Assembly: GCA_963744995.1 (NCBI GenBank)
Contig: CAVUWA010000009.1
Coordinates: 480,001 to 544,000 of the forward strand
Length of the DNA: 64,000 nucleotides
Reading direction: 5' to 3'
Source of the DNA: Candidatus Eiseniibacteriota bacterium
GTDB taxonomy: Bacteria > Eisenbacteria > RBG-16-71-46
Both the position numbers and the translations under genes were made by a program. Below the pieces are notes generated by a model, which was not told where the DNA came from, searched no databases, and saw only the letters and a list, made by a program, of their open reading frames with translations. This document shows, piece by piece, positions 1 through 9,439 of the stretch. Each line of letters opens with the position of its first letter. Position 1 is the stretch's first letter.

Positions 1-1154
1 GCGGCGCGGAGCTCAAGTCCTACGCGGCGGCGGCGCAGGCGGCGACCCTGCTGCTGTACGTCCCTGCCTACGGCTGGCTCGCGAGCCGGCTGCCGCGCTC
101 CCGGCTGATCGTCACCATCGTGCTGTTCTTCATCGGCTGCATCCAGTTCTTCTACGTCACGGGCCTCGCGGGCGCGTCCTTCGTCGGCTTCGCGTTCTAC
201 GTCTGGGTCGGCATCTTCAGCCTGACGATGATCGCGCAGTTCTGGTCGTTCGCGAACGACGTGTATTCGAAGCCGGAGGGCGACCGGCTCTTTCCGCTGA
301 TCGCGGTCGGCGCCACCGCGGGCGCCCCGCTCGGCGCCGCTCTCGCCGGACGCCTGTTCCACGCCGGCGTGAGCCCCTGGTCCATGCTGCAGATCGCGAG
401 CGGCCTGCTGCTCGCGCACCTGGCGCTTTACTTCGCCGTGCGCCGTCCCGTCGCCCGAGACACGGCGCGCGACGCGGCTCCCGTCGGCGGACGGAAGAGC
501 GGCTTCGCGCTCGTGCTCACGAGTCCCTACCTGCGGCTGCTCGCCGTGCTCCTGATCCTGCTCAACGTCGTCAACACGACCGGCGAGTTCATCCTTTCGG
601 GACTGGTCACCGCGCGTGCCGATGTGCTGGCTCAGGGCGCGCCGGGCTTCGACCGCAGCGCGTTCATCGGTGCCTTCTACGGCGACTACTTCTTCTGGGT
701 CAACGTCGCTTCCGTGGTGATCCAGGCGTTCCTCGTCTCGCGCATCGTGAAATTCCTCGGCATGGCCGGCGCCCTGCTCGCGCTGCCGGTCGTCGCGCTC
801 GGCGTCTACGGGCTGGCGCTCTCGGGTGCCGGACTGGCGTTCGTGCGCTGGGTCAAGACCGCGGAGAACGCCGCCGACTACTCGGTCATGAACACCGCGC
901 GGCAGATGCTGTGGCTGCCGACCTCGCGCGAGGAGAAGTACAAGGCCAAACAGGCAATCGACACGTTCTTCGTACGCACGGGCGACGTGCTGTCGGCCGG
1001 GATGGTCTACCTCGGCACGCATGTGCTGGCGCTCGGCACGAGCGGATTCGCCGCGGCCAATCTCATCTTCGTGGGCGGCGCGCTGGCGGTGGCGATCCTG
1101 CTGCTCGGGCAGTACCGGCGGATCAGCGCGGCGCAGGACGCGATGGCGGCGTGA
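1..1154 (+). CDS. Npt1/Npt2 (TLC/NTT) family nucleotide translocase-like MFS protein, 5'-partial
   Basis: Frame is open from the window edge (GAELKSYAAAAQA...). Multiple TM helices; motifs QFWSFANDVY, RLFPLIA, ENAADYSVMNTARQMLWLP, EKYKAKQAIDTFFVRTGD are typical of bacterial NTT-like translocases. Confidence 0.85.
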   Translation, partial: GAELKSYAAAAQAATLLLYVPAYGWLASRLPRSRLIVTIVLFFIGCIQFFYVTGLAGASFVGFAFYVWVGIFSLTMIAQFWSFANDVYSKPEGDRLFPLIAVGATAGAPLGAALAGRLFHAGVSPWSMLQIASGLLLAHLALYFAVRRPVARDTARDAAPVGGRKSGFALVLTSPYLRLLAVLLILLNVVNTTGEFILSGLVTARADVLAQGAPGFDRSAFIGAFYGDYFFWVNVASVVIQAFLVSRIVKFLGMAGALLALPVVALGVYGLALSGAGLAFVRWVKTAENAADYSVMNTARQMLWLPTSREEKYKAKQAIDTFFVRTGDVLSAGMVYLGTHVLALGTSGFAAANLIFVGGALAVAILLLGQYRRISAAQDAMAA

Positions 1155-1315
1155 GCCGGATCAGTGCGCCGGCGCCGCGGCCGGCACCGCGGCGGGGGCG
1201 GGCAGGAGCGCCGCCACCCCGACGAGCATCACGAGGGCGCCTCCAGGCGCCCCGCCATGGCCCGCCCGGCCCGGGCTTTACGCCTCTGCGGTCGAAGCGC
1301 CCGACCGGAGGTGCC

Positions 1316-2683
1316 ATGCCGCTCCGCCATCGACACATCGTCTACCGCGACCCGACGCCACGCCCGTGGCTCATGAACGCGACCGCGATCCTCAACCGCC
1401 GGCTGATCCTGCCGCACCTGCTGAGGGTGCGCGCGATCGATCTGCCGGATGCCGACGCGGCGCGGCTCGCGGGCGCGCTCGATCCCGGGGCGGTGGCTTT
1501 CGTCGCACCCAACCATCCCGAATTCACCACGGACTGGATGCTCGACAAGGAGATCTCGCGCCGCTTCGCGCCACGCATGGCGCACTGGGCGGCGTCCGAC
1601 ATCGTCCATGCGAGCCCGCTCGCCGAACGCTTCTGGCTGAGCGCGAACCTGATCGCCAACGTGCCGGGCGGCGGCGGGCGCGCATACTCGGTGCGCTGGG
1701 CCCGCGCCGGACACGGCGTGCTGTTGCACCCCGAGGGCACCGCCACCTGGTGCGGCGACCGCATCGGTGCGCTGGTTCCGGGTATCGCCGACATGGCGCT
1801 GGCGTCCCGGGCGGCCGAACGGGAGGAACCGCGCGGCGCAGGCGGCGCGCCGCGCCCCGTGCGGATCGCGCCGGTGGTGTGGAAGCTGCACTTCGAACGT
1901 GAGGTCGGGCGGGAGCTCGGACGCGAGATCGACTTCGTCGCGCGCGCGCTGCGTCTCGCCCGGCCGACCGGGAGCGATGTCGCCGGGCGCTTCGCGGCGC
2001 TGCATGCCATGATCCTCGACGCCCGCTGCGTGCGGTTCGGCTGGTGCGCGCCCCGGGCGCATCCGGGAAGCTTCTTCGAGCTGCAGGCCGCCCTCGAGCA
2101 TCGTCTCACCGCCGCTCTCGCCGGCCGCTACGGCGCGCCCGGTGCGGATCACGCGCGCTGGCTGCATGGGGTGCGCCGCATGATCGGCGCGGGCGGACGC
2201 ACCGCGGACGGCCGCCGCGACCTCGAGATCGCCGGCGAGGTCGAGCGCCTGCACCGGTTCGATCGGGCGGGCTACGGCGGTCCGCGGCTCACTCAGGAGC
2301 AGATCGCCGAATCGCTCAAGCGGCTGCGCTCGAATTTGCTCACCCGCGGGTTCACTCACGCGCTCCACCATCTCGTGCCGCGCGCCGTCGCACCGCGCAT
2401 CGCCCGCGTCCGCGTCCCCGAGCCACTCGACGTCGATGCCTTCCGGCCGGATGAAGACGACGCGCGGGCCCGCCTGCTCGAGGCGCTCGGCGACCGGATG
2501 CGCGCGACGCTCGCGGCGCTGAACGCGGAGATCGCGCCGGAGGTCGAACGCCATGCGCGACCGAACCCGTGGTACGGGGCGCGGGCGCGTGTGGCCCCGC
2601 GCGGACGCTACGTCACCCGGCGCAGCGCAGGCGCGGGAAACGTCCGGAGAATGCGACGGACTCGTTCAGCCGCTGACAAGTGA
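1316..2683 (+). CDS. Phospholipid/glycerol acyltransferase (PlsC/LPLAT-like) protein
   Basis: GGAGG RBS at 1307-1311 before ATG 1316; APNHPEFTTD (variant of the NHx4D motif) and LLHPEGT motifs. Confidence 0.65.
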   Translation: MPLRHRHIVYRDPTPRPWLMNATAILNRRLILPHLLRVRAIDLPDADAARLAGALDPGAVAFVAPNHPEFTTDWMLDKEISRRFAPRMAHWAASDIVHASPLAERFWLSANLIANVPGGGGRAYSVRWARAGHGVLLHPEGTATWCGDRIGALVPGIADMALASRAAEREEPRGAGGAPRPVRIAPVVWKLHFEREVGRELGREIDFVARALRLARPTGSDVAGRFAALHAMILDARCVRFGWCAPRAHPGSFFELQAALEHRLTAALAGRYGAPGADHARWLHGVRRMIGAGGRTADGRRDLEIAGEVERLHRFDRAGYGGPRLTQEQIAESLKRLRSNLLTRGFTHALHHLVPRAVAPRIARVRVPEPLDVDAFRPDEDDARARLLEALGDRMRATLAALNAEIAPEVERHARPNPWYGARARVAPRGRYVTRRSAGAGNVRRMRRTRSAADK

Positions 2684-2848
2684 CGAACGGGCAGGACCCC
2701 GCTCACCTCATTCGTTCCTGCAACTCCGACGCCGGGGGGAAACCGGGGCCGCGCGGCCTGCGTATGCTTCACAGTGACGCGCATCGTCACCGTGCCGCGC
2801 GGCCTGCCGCGTGGCGCGCCCCACGTGCGGGCCCCGGAGGTCTTCCCG

Positions 2849-5128
2849 ATGTCCCTTCTCGCGCACGCATCGCCCGCCGCGCTGGCGACGCTGTTCGCCG
2901 CCGCGGTTGCAGGTCTTCCCGCGGGTGTTCAGGTCGCTGAAGCCGACATGGCGCCCGGCGGGAAGACGCCGCTCCACATCACGCGCATCGACACGCCGAT
3001 CACCATCGATGGCAGCCTCTCGGATCCGGGCTGGCAGGGCCTCACCCCGATCACCCGCTGGTACGAGACGAATGTCGGTGACAACGTCGAACCCCAGGTG
3101 AAGAACGAAGGCTGGCTCGCCTACGACGAGCGCTATCTGTACGCGGGCTTCCGCTTCCATGATCCGCACCCGGAGTTGATCCGCGCCCCGATCGCCGACC
3201 GGGATCAGCTCTCCGGGAACACCGATTACGGCGGCGTGATCATCGACAGCCGCCACGACGGCAAGAGCGCGATCCTGTTCCTCGCCAACCCCAACGGGCT
3301 GCTCTACGACGCGGTGTCCAACGACGCGTCGGGGGAGGACAGCTCGCCCGATTACTACTGGGAAGCGGCCGGGAAGATCACCGCTGACGGCTGGACCCTC
3401 GAGATCCGGATCCCGTTCTCGTCGCTGCGCTACGGCAGCGACCCCGCGCCGGAGATGGGCATCATGCTGTACCGCAACTATCCGCGCGATCGTCGCTACC
3501 AGTTCTTCACCAACCGCCTGCCGCGCGACGTCAGCTGTTTCATCTGCAATTCGTCGCCGCTGCTCGGGCTCGCCGACCTGCCGCACGGCTCGCACCTGGT
3601 GGTCGCACCGTATGTCACCGCGCAGCGCTCGGACGCGGCGAGCGACGGGCTCGGCCGGCCGCTGGTGCAAGGCGACTTCGACAGGGAGGCGGGTGTCGAC
3701 GCCAAGTGGAGCCCGTTCGCGAACCTCGCCATCGATGGCACGTTCAACCCGGACTTTTCGCAGGTCGAGGCCGACGCCGCACAGATCGGCGCGAACGAGC
3801 GCTTCGCGCTGTTCTATCCCGAAAAGCGTTCGTTCTTCCTCGAGGGCATCGATCTGTTCTCGACGCCGATGCAGGCCGTGTACACGCGCAGCGTGACGGC
3901 GCCGGACGCCGGGGTCCGCACGACGGGCCAGTTCGGCAGGACCACGTTCACCGCTCTCGTGACGCGGGACAAGGGCGGCGGAAGCGTGATCCTGCCGGGG
4001 CCCCAGGAATCGGACGTGGCCCCGCAGGACTTCGAATCCGACGTCGGCATCTTCCGCGCCCGCCACGACCTGGGCCGCTCGTTCGTGAGCGTGCTCGCCA
4101 CCGGCCGCCGGATCGACGGCGGCGGACACAATGCGGTCTTCGGGCCGGACTTCCAGTGGCGTCCGGGCAGCTCCGACGCGATCACCGGTCAGGCCCTGTT
4201 CAGCAGCAGCCGGACGCCCGACCGCACCGATCTCAGCGAACGGTGGGACGGCCGCACACTCGACGACCACGCCCTGCACCTCGAGTGGTCGCACGGCACC
4301 AGCACCGTGGACTGGTACCTCCAGGGCAAGGACATCGGGCCCGACTTCCGTGCCGACGAGGGCTTCATCCCGCAGGTCGGCTACCGCGAAGCGCTGGGCG
4401 AAATCGGCTACACCGTACACCCGAAGGACGGGTTCCTGTCGCGGATCCGCACGTTCACGAGCAACTGGTACGACGCCGATTTCGAGGGCAGGCCGCTCAG
4501 CAGCCGGGTTTCGCTCGGCGCCGGGATGGACGGACGCTGGAGCAGCTTCTTCCGCGTGGAGCTCAATCAGGACCGGCTGCGCGTGGGAGAGGCCTGGTTC
4601 ACACGTTTCCGGCCCTACGTCATCGTACAGGCGAGCCCGGGGCGGGTCTTCAACTCGGTCTCGGTCGAAGCCTACGTCGGCCAGGAGATCGACTTCGCCA
4701 ACGCGCGGCGGGGCAGCGGCACGACGCTGATCGGCTCGATGACGCTGCGTCCCAATGACCACCTCGAGATCTACGGCAATGCCAGCGGCCGCTGGCTCGA
4801 CGTGGACGACGCGAGCGGCGCGCGCGGCCGCCTGTTCACCGCGCAGGTCGAGCGGTTGCGCGGCACCTGGTCGTTCAGCGCGCGCTCGTTCCTGCGACTC
4901 ATCGGGCAATACGAGCAGACCGTCCGCGACACGTCGCGCTACACGTTCACGGTCGAGCGCAAGGAGGCGAGCTTCAGTGCGTCCGCGCTGTTCGCATACA
5001 AGCTGAACTGGCAGACGGTGTGCTACGTCGGCTACGGGGACGAGCGCACCTACGCCACCGCGAACCGGCGGCTGGAGCAGAGCGGGCGCGGAGCTTTCGT
5101 GAAGCTGTCCTACGCGCTGCAGCGCTGA
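2849..5128 (+). CDS. Secreted CBM9-like/DUF5916 family protein with probable outer-membrane beta-barrel C-terminus
   Basis: GGAGG RBS at 2836-2840, signal peptide, PITIDGSLSDPGW, WTLEIRIPFSSLRY, NPDFSQVEAD, FYPEKRSFFLEG, terminal FVKLSY. Confidence 0.8.
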   Translation: MSLLAHASPAALATLFAAAVAGLPAGVQVAEADMAPGGKTPLHITRIDTPITIDGSLSDPGWQGLTPITRWYETNVGDNVEPQVKNEGWLAYDERYLYAGFRFHDPHPELIRAPIADRDQLSGNTDYGGVIIDSRHDGKSAILFLANPNGLLYDAVSNDASGEDSSPDYYWEAAGKITADGWTLEIRIPFSSLRYGSDPAPEMGIMLYRNYPRDRRYQFFTNRLPRDVSCFICNSSPLLGLADLPHGSHLVVAPYVTAQRSDAASDGLGRPLVQGDFDREAGVDAKWSPFANLAIDGTFNPDFSQVEADAAQIGANERFALFYPEKRSFFLEGIDLFSTPMQAVYTRSVTAPDAGVRTTGQFGRTTFTALVTRDKGGGSVILPGPQESDVAPQDFESDVGIFRARHDLGRSFVSVLATGRRIDGGGHNAVFGPDFQWRPGSSDAITGQALFSSSRTPDRTDLSERWDGRTLDDHALHLEWSHGTSTVDWYLQGKDIGPDFRADEGFIPQVGYREALGEIGYTVHPKDGFLSRIRTFTSNWYDADFEGRPLSSRVSLGAGMDGRWSSFFRVELNQDRLRVGEAWFTRFRPYVIVQASPGRVFNSVSVEAYVGQEIDFANARRGSGTTLIGSMTLRPNDHLEIYGNASGRWLDVDDASGARGRLFTAQVERLRGTWSFSARSFLRLIGQYEQTVRDTSRYTFTVERKEASFSASALFAYKLNWQTVCYVGYGDERTYATANRRLEQSGRGAFVKLSYALQR

Positions 5129-5223
5129 ACCGCCCGACCCGCGCGGCCATCAGGGCATGCGGCCCCGCGGAGCGCATCACTTCGGGCGGCCGCGCCGCCT
5201 TCCGGCCGGCCGCCCCGGACGTG

Positions 5224-6129
5224 TCACTCGCGTTCGATGAAGGTGCCCTGCTCGAGTTCTTCGTAGGCGCGTTGCAGCTCCGCGCGCGTATTCATGACGA
5301 TCGGGCCGTACCACGCGACCGGCTCCTCGATCGGACGCCCCGAGACGAGCAGGAAGCGGATGCCCCGTTCGCCGGCCTGGACCACGACCTCGTCACCGGA
5401 ATCGAACAGGATGAGCGAACGGTCGCCGGCCCGCTCGCGCACCACGTGCTCGACCGGACCGGGCTGGTCGGTGAGCACACCCTGCGGCGCCGACGCGTCG
5501 CGGAACGAGCCGTCACCCTCGAAGACGTAGGCGAACGCGTTGCGCCGGGTGTCGACCGAAAGGGTCTTCCTCTTCCCGGGCGGTACGCTCACGTCGAGGT
5601 AGCTCGGATCCGCCGCGATACCCTCCACCGGCCCGCGACGGCCCCAGAACTCCCCGCACACGATGCGCACCCGCGTCGCGTCATCGTCGACGACCTCCGG
5701 GATGTCCTGCGCGCTCACATCCTGATATCGCGGCCGGGTCATCTTCAGCGAAGAGGGCAGGTTGGCCCACAGCTGAAAGCCGTGCATGCGGCCCCGCTCG
5801 TCGCCCTGCGGCATTTCCTGATGCAGGATCCCACGCCCCGCGGTCATCCATTGCACGTCACCGGCGCCGAGCGCCCCGGTATTGCCGAGGCTGTCGCCGT
5901 GCGCCACGGTTCCGGCCAGCACGTAGGTGATCGTCTCGATGCCGCGGTGCGGATGCCACGGGAACCCCTTGATGTAGTCCTCGGGGCGCTCGTTGCGGAA
6001 GTCGTCGAACAGCAGGAACGGGTCGGTCTCGCCGGTGTCGCCGAAACCGAAGGCGCGTCGCAGGTGGACGCCGGCCCCTTCGAGCGTGGGCTTCGCCTGC
6101 TCGATGCGTTTGACGGCACGGATGGACAT
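5224..6129 (-). CDS. Pirin family protein
   Basis: EGAGVHLRRAFG, DPFLLFDDF, GFPWHPHRGIETITY, WMTAGRGILHQEMP, YGPIVMNT. Confidence 0.95.
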   Translation of the reverse strand: MSIRAVKRIEQAKPTLEGAGVHLRRAFGFGDTGETDPFLLFDDFRNERPEDYIKGFPWHPHRGIETITYVLAGTVAHGDSLGNTGALGAGDVQWMTAGRGILHQEMPQGDERGRMHGFQLWANLPSSLKMTRPRYQDVSAQDIPEVVDDDATRVRIVCGEFWGRRGPVEGIAADPSYLDVSVPPGKRKTLSVDTRRNAFAYVFEGDGSFRDASAPQGVLTDQPGPVEHVVRERAGDRSLILFDSGDEVVVQAGERGIRFLLVSGRPIEEPVAWYGPIVMNTRAELQRAYEELEQGTFIERE

Positions 6130-6259
6130 GGTGTGGCTCCCGGAGAACGGGGACCCGCGACGGCGGGTGCGCACGGCCGAACGCGACCACGCTAGCGCGG
6201 CTGTCAAGCGGGGGAACACGCCGGTCCCGGGGCGCCGGGACGAATGCGGGCGGCGGGCC

Positions 6260-6886
6260 TCAGTGGATCGCGCGCGCCGCGCGCTCGATCCACTGCAGGG
6301 TGTAGTCGGCCCCGCCGAAGCCACGTGTCGACTGCGAGCGCCCGCTCGCCGGATCGAAGACGACCAGGGTCGGGAACGCGTCCACGCCATAACGGCGCTG
6401 AAGTGCCTCGACGTCGGGCGGGTTGCGTCCCTCCTCGCGTGTGCGGTCCACGATCGACACCGGAATCACCGCGGCGCGCACCCGCTCACCGCGCTTCCAG
6501 TCGTCGAACACGTCATGCTTCATCATGCGGCACGGTCCGCACCACTCGGCATTGAAGTCGATCATGACCGGCTTCCCCGTCGTCCGTGAACGCGCGATTG
6601 CGTCGTCGAGCGTGGTCCAGTCGGACATCACGGCCGGTGTGGCGGCCGCGGGCGGGGCGGGGGCGGGAGCGGGTCCGGCGCGCCGTGCACGGTAGGCCGC
6701 CGCGCGCGCGCGGATCGCCTGCACACGGCCGTCGCCCGCCGTCCGCACGATCGGCGCGTTCGTGACCGGGGCGGGCGGTGTGCCGCCCCCGGACCATTGG
6801 CCGATCGCCCAGCCCGCGCCGCCGAGCAGCGGCAGGGCCACGAGCCACGCCCAGGGTGCGGCGCGATGCGGACGGGGATCGGACAT
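6260..6886 (-). CDS. Membrane-anchored thioredoxin family protein
   Basis: N-terminal TM segment; GKPVMIDFNAEWCGPC active site, cis-Pro motif FPTL; GAGGAG RBS. Confidence 0.88.
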   Translation of the reverse strand: MSDPRPHRAAPWAWLVALPLLGGAGWAIGQWSGGGTPPAPVTNAPIVRTAGDGRVQAIRARAAAYRARRAGPAPAPAPPAAATPAVMSDWTTLDDAIARSRTTGKPVMIDFNAEWCGPCRMMKHDVFDDWKRGERVRAAVIPVSIVDRTREEGRNPPDVEALQRRYGVDAFPTLVVFDPASGRSQSTRGFGGADYTLQWIERAARAIH

Positions 6887-7066
6887 GGGTCTCCTCGACG
6901 CGGCGCGGAGCCGCCGCGATCTCCATCCGGTCATCGGCAGGCCGCCACGGCGTGGCGAGGGCTTTCCGCAGATTCGCCGCGCCGTCCCGCGGGCGGATTC
7001 GGCCCGCAAGCGCAGCGGCGGCTCCGCACCGTGGCGAAGCCGCCGCAGAAGGGGCGAACCGGGAGA

Positions 7067-7828
7067 TCAGGGTTTGGACTGGGTGCCCGAGATCGCCCGC
7101 ACGTAACTGATCAGGCTCTTGATCTGCGCCGGGGTCAGCGTCACGTTCCAGGCCGGCATGAAGGTGGACTTGCCGGCGTGACCGCCACCGAGCGCGATCG
7201 TCTCGTACAACTGCTGGTCGCTCTTGCCGCTGAAATAGGCGGTCTCGGTCAGGTTGCGCGGGCGAATGCCGTTGCGCATGTAGAGCGTGTCCGCATAGAA
7301 ACCGTTGCCCTTGCCTTCCGGACCGTGACAGATCGAGCAGTAGGTCACGTACAGCAGGCGGCCGTCGGCCGCGCTTCCGGGTGGCGCCGCCAGGTAGTCC
7401 TCGGTCGTCTGCCGCGGCGTCTCGGGACGCTTGCCCGGCAGGGTCATGACGTACTCGGCGATGTCGTCGATCAGCGTGGAGTCGAGCTGCGCGCCCCAGG
7501 CCGGCATCAGGTTCGAGCGACCGGTGTGCAGCCCGCCTTCGCGGATCACCCGCTTCACCTCGTCGATCCCCATCGCCTTGATCTTGTCCGCGTCCAGATG
7601 CGCGGGCACCGTGGCGCCTTCTTCGGCGAGCGCGGCCGCCAGCGGACCGTTCCCCGCGCCCATCGGGCCGTGACACATGGCGCAGGAGGCGAGGTAGCCC
7701 TGCTCGCCACGGCTGATCTCGGCCGTCGCCGTGCTCTCCGGTTTCCGCTGTGCGCACGAGGCGGCGATCCCGGCCACGAGCAGCAGCAGGACCGCCAGCG
7801 GATGAATTCGGATCTCGAAACGTTCCAC
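7067..7828 (-). CDS. Di-heme c-type cytochrome lipoprotein
   Basis: GTG start after AAGGGAGG; lipobox-like IAASC; two CxxCH motifs (CAMCH, CSICH), each followed by an MPAW axial-Met motif. Confidence 0.88.
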   Translation of the reverse strand: MERFEIRIHPLAVLLLLVAGIAASCAQRKPESTATAEISRGEQGYLASCAMCHGPMGAGNGPLAAALAEEGATVPAHLDADKIKAMGIDEVKRVIREGGLHTGRSNLMPAWGAQLDSTLIDDIAEYVMTLPGKRPETPRQTTEDYLAAPPGSAADGRLLYVTYCSICHGPEGKGNGFYADTLYMRNGIRPRNLTETAYFSGKSDQQLYETIALGGGHAGKSTFMPAWNVTLTPAQIKSLISYVRAISGTQSKP

Positions 7829-8219
7829 GCAGCCTCCCTTCCGCGCCCGCGACCGATCCCGCCTCGTCCCGCTCCACCGGCCCGCCCCGCGGGCGCGCGG
7901 CGGCCGGTTGGGTCGTGGGTGGGCACCGAACGTGCCGGAATCGTGTTTCGCGAACATAGCACTGTAGCGACATGCCCCGCAAAGCGTTGGACGGTCGTGC
8001 CGGTGCCGTGCCGCGCCCCGGGGAACCCGCGGCGCGCCGCGCCGGCGGCGGACGGGCCAGGCCGCCGGGCGCCGCAGCGGATGGCCGGAAACGCCGGCCC
8101 GCGCGCGATTTTTCCCCATCGGCCCGGCTCCCTTATCATGGGAATCGACGCGACGCCGGGTGCATCCTATGTCGTGTCCTGAAGCAGATTGCCGTTCCGG
8201 CGCCCGCGCCGGTATCCCC

Positions 8220-8281
8220 GAGTCCTCCGTCTGTAATGGAGCGCGTCCTCCCCGTGGAAGGGCGCCGCAGACGGAGGACTC
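8220..8281 (+). promoter_or_regulatory. Long stem-loop in the 5' leader of the RND operon
   Basis: Perfect 14-bp inverted repeat GAGTCCTCCGTCTG (8220-8233) / CAGACGGAGGACTC (8268-8281) enclosing a second imperfect hairpin. Confidence 0.5.
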
Positions 8282-8317
8282 AGGCCGTCTCTTACGAAAG
8301 TTCCGGAGCACTCCCCG

Positions 8318-9439
8318 ATGAAGAAACGTCTACTCATCACGGCGGGGATCATCGTCGTCTTCGTCGCCATTCTCGGGTTCATCAAGTTCCAGCAGATCCA
8401 GGCCGCGATCGCTTCCGGCTCGTCGTATCAGCCGCCGCCCGAGGCCGTGACCACGATCGTCGCGAAGATCCAGGACTGGCCCGCCACGGTCGAGGCGGTG
8501 GGCAGCGTGGCCCCCGTGCAGGGCGTCATGCTGAGCGCCGATCTCGCCGGCGTCGTGGATCGGATCGAGTTCACGTCGGGCGCCCGCGTGAAGGCGGGGC
8601 AGACGCTGGTGCAGCTCGATACGCGACAGGAGCGCGCCCAGCTCGCGTCTGCGGAAGCGGCGCTCCAGCTGGCGCAGACCGATTTCGACCGCGCCGAGTC
8701 GCTGCGCGCCGACAAGCTCATCGCCCAGGCCGACTACGACCAGTCGCAGGCCCGCTTCAAGCAGGCCGAGGCCGCGGTCGCCGAGATCAAGGCGATGATC
8801 GACCGCAAGACGATCGTGGCGCCGTTCTCGGGCGTGGCCGGCATTCGTCAGGTGAACCTCGGCCAGTACGTCCACAGCGGCGACCCCATCGTGCCGCTCC
8901 AGTCGGAATCGCCGATCTACGTCGACTTCTCGGTGCCACAGCAGGAGGTCGCCCGGCTGCACGTGGGCGCGACCGTTCGTGCCCGTGCCGACAGCGGCGT
9001 CGTCGCGACCGGGCGGGTGAGCGCCATCAATCCGGTGGTCGACCAGAACACCCGCAACGTCAAGGTGCAGGCAACGTTCCGCAACGAACACCGCCGGCTG
9101 CAGCCGGGCGCCTATGTGAGCGTCGTGGTCGAGACCGGCAGGCGGACGCCGCTCATCGGGCTGCCGACCTCCGCGATCAATTACGCGCCCTACGGCAATT
9201 CGGTGTTCATCGTCGACAGCCTGAAGTCCGACAAGGGTCAGAGCTACCTGGGCGTGCGCCAGCAGTTCGTGAAGCTGGGCAACTCGCGCGGCGACCGGGT
9301 CGCGGTCCTGAGCGGCGTCTCGGCCGGTGACGAGGTGGTGACCTCCGGCGTCTTCAAGCTGCGCCCCTCGGCAGCGGTGAAGGTCAATAACGAGGTCCAG
9401 CCCGAGAACAGCCTCAACCCCGAGCCGCAGGACAACTGA
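8318..9439 (+). CDS. RND efflux periplasmic adaptor (MFP) subunit, MexH/MexV-like
   Basis: N-terminal TM anchor, lipoyl-like halves (GARVKAGQTLVQLD; IVAPFSGVAG), helical hairpin; TGATG overlap with the permease. Confidence 0.95.
   Translation: MKKRLLITAGIIVVFVAILGFIKFQQIQAAIASGSSYQPPPEAVTTIVAKIQDWPATVEAVGSVAPVQGVMLSADLAGVVDRIEFTSGARVKAGQTLVQLDTRQERAQLASAEAALQLAQTDFDRAESLRADKLIAQADYDQSQARFKQAEAAVAEIKAMIDRKTIVAPFSGVAGIRQVNLGQYVHSGDPIVPLQSESPIYVDFSVPQQEVARLHVGATVRARADSGVVATGRVSAINPVVDQNTRNVKVQATFRNEHRRLQPGAYVSVVVETGRRTPLIGLPTSAINYAPYGNSVFIVDSLKSDKGQSYLGVRQQFVKLGNSRGDRVAVLSGVSAGDEVVTSGVFKLRPSAAVKVNNEVQPENSLNPEPQDN

Noticed and set aside
2708..4909. Long antisense or alternate-frame ORFs (e.g. 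2708-4909, 13629-15902, 23754-26243, 51033-53882)
   Set aside because: They are shadow ORFs typical of high-GC DNA, overlap well-supported genes and show no family motifs.
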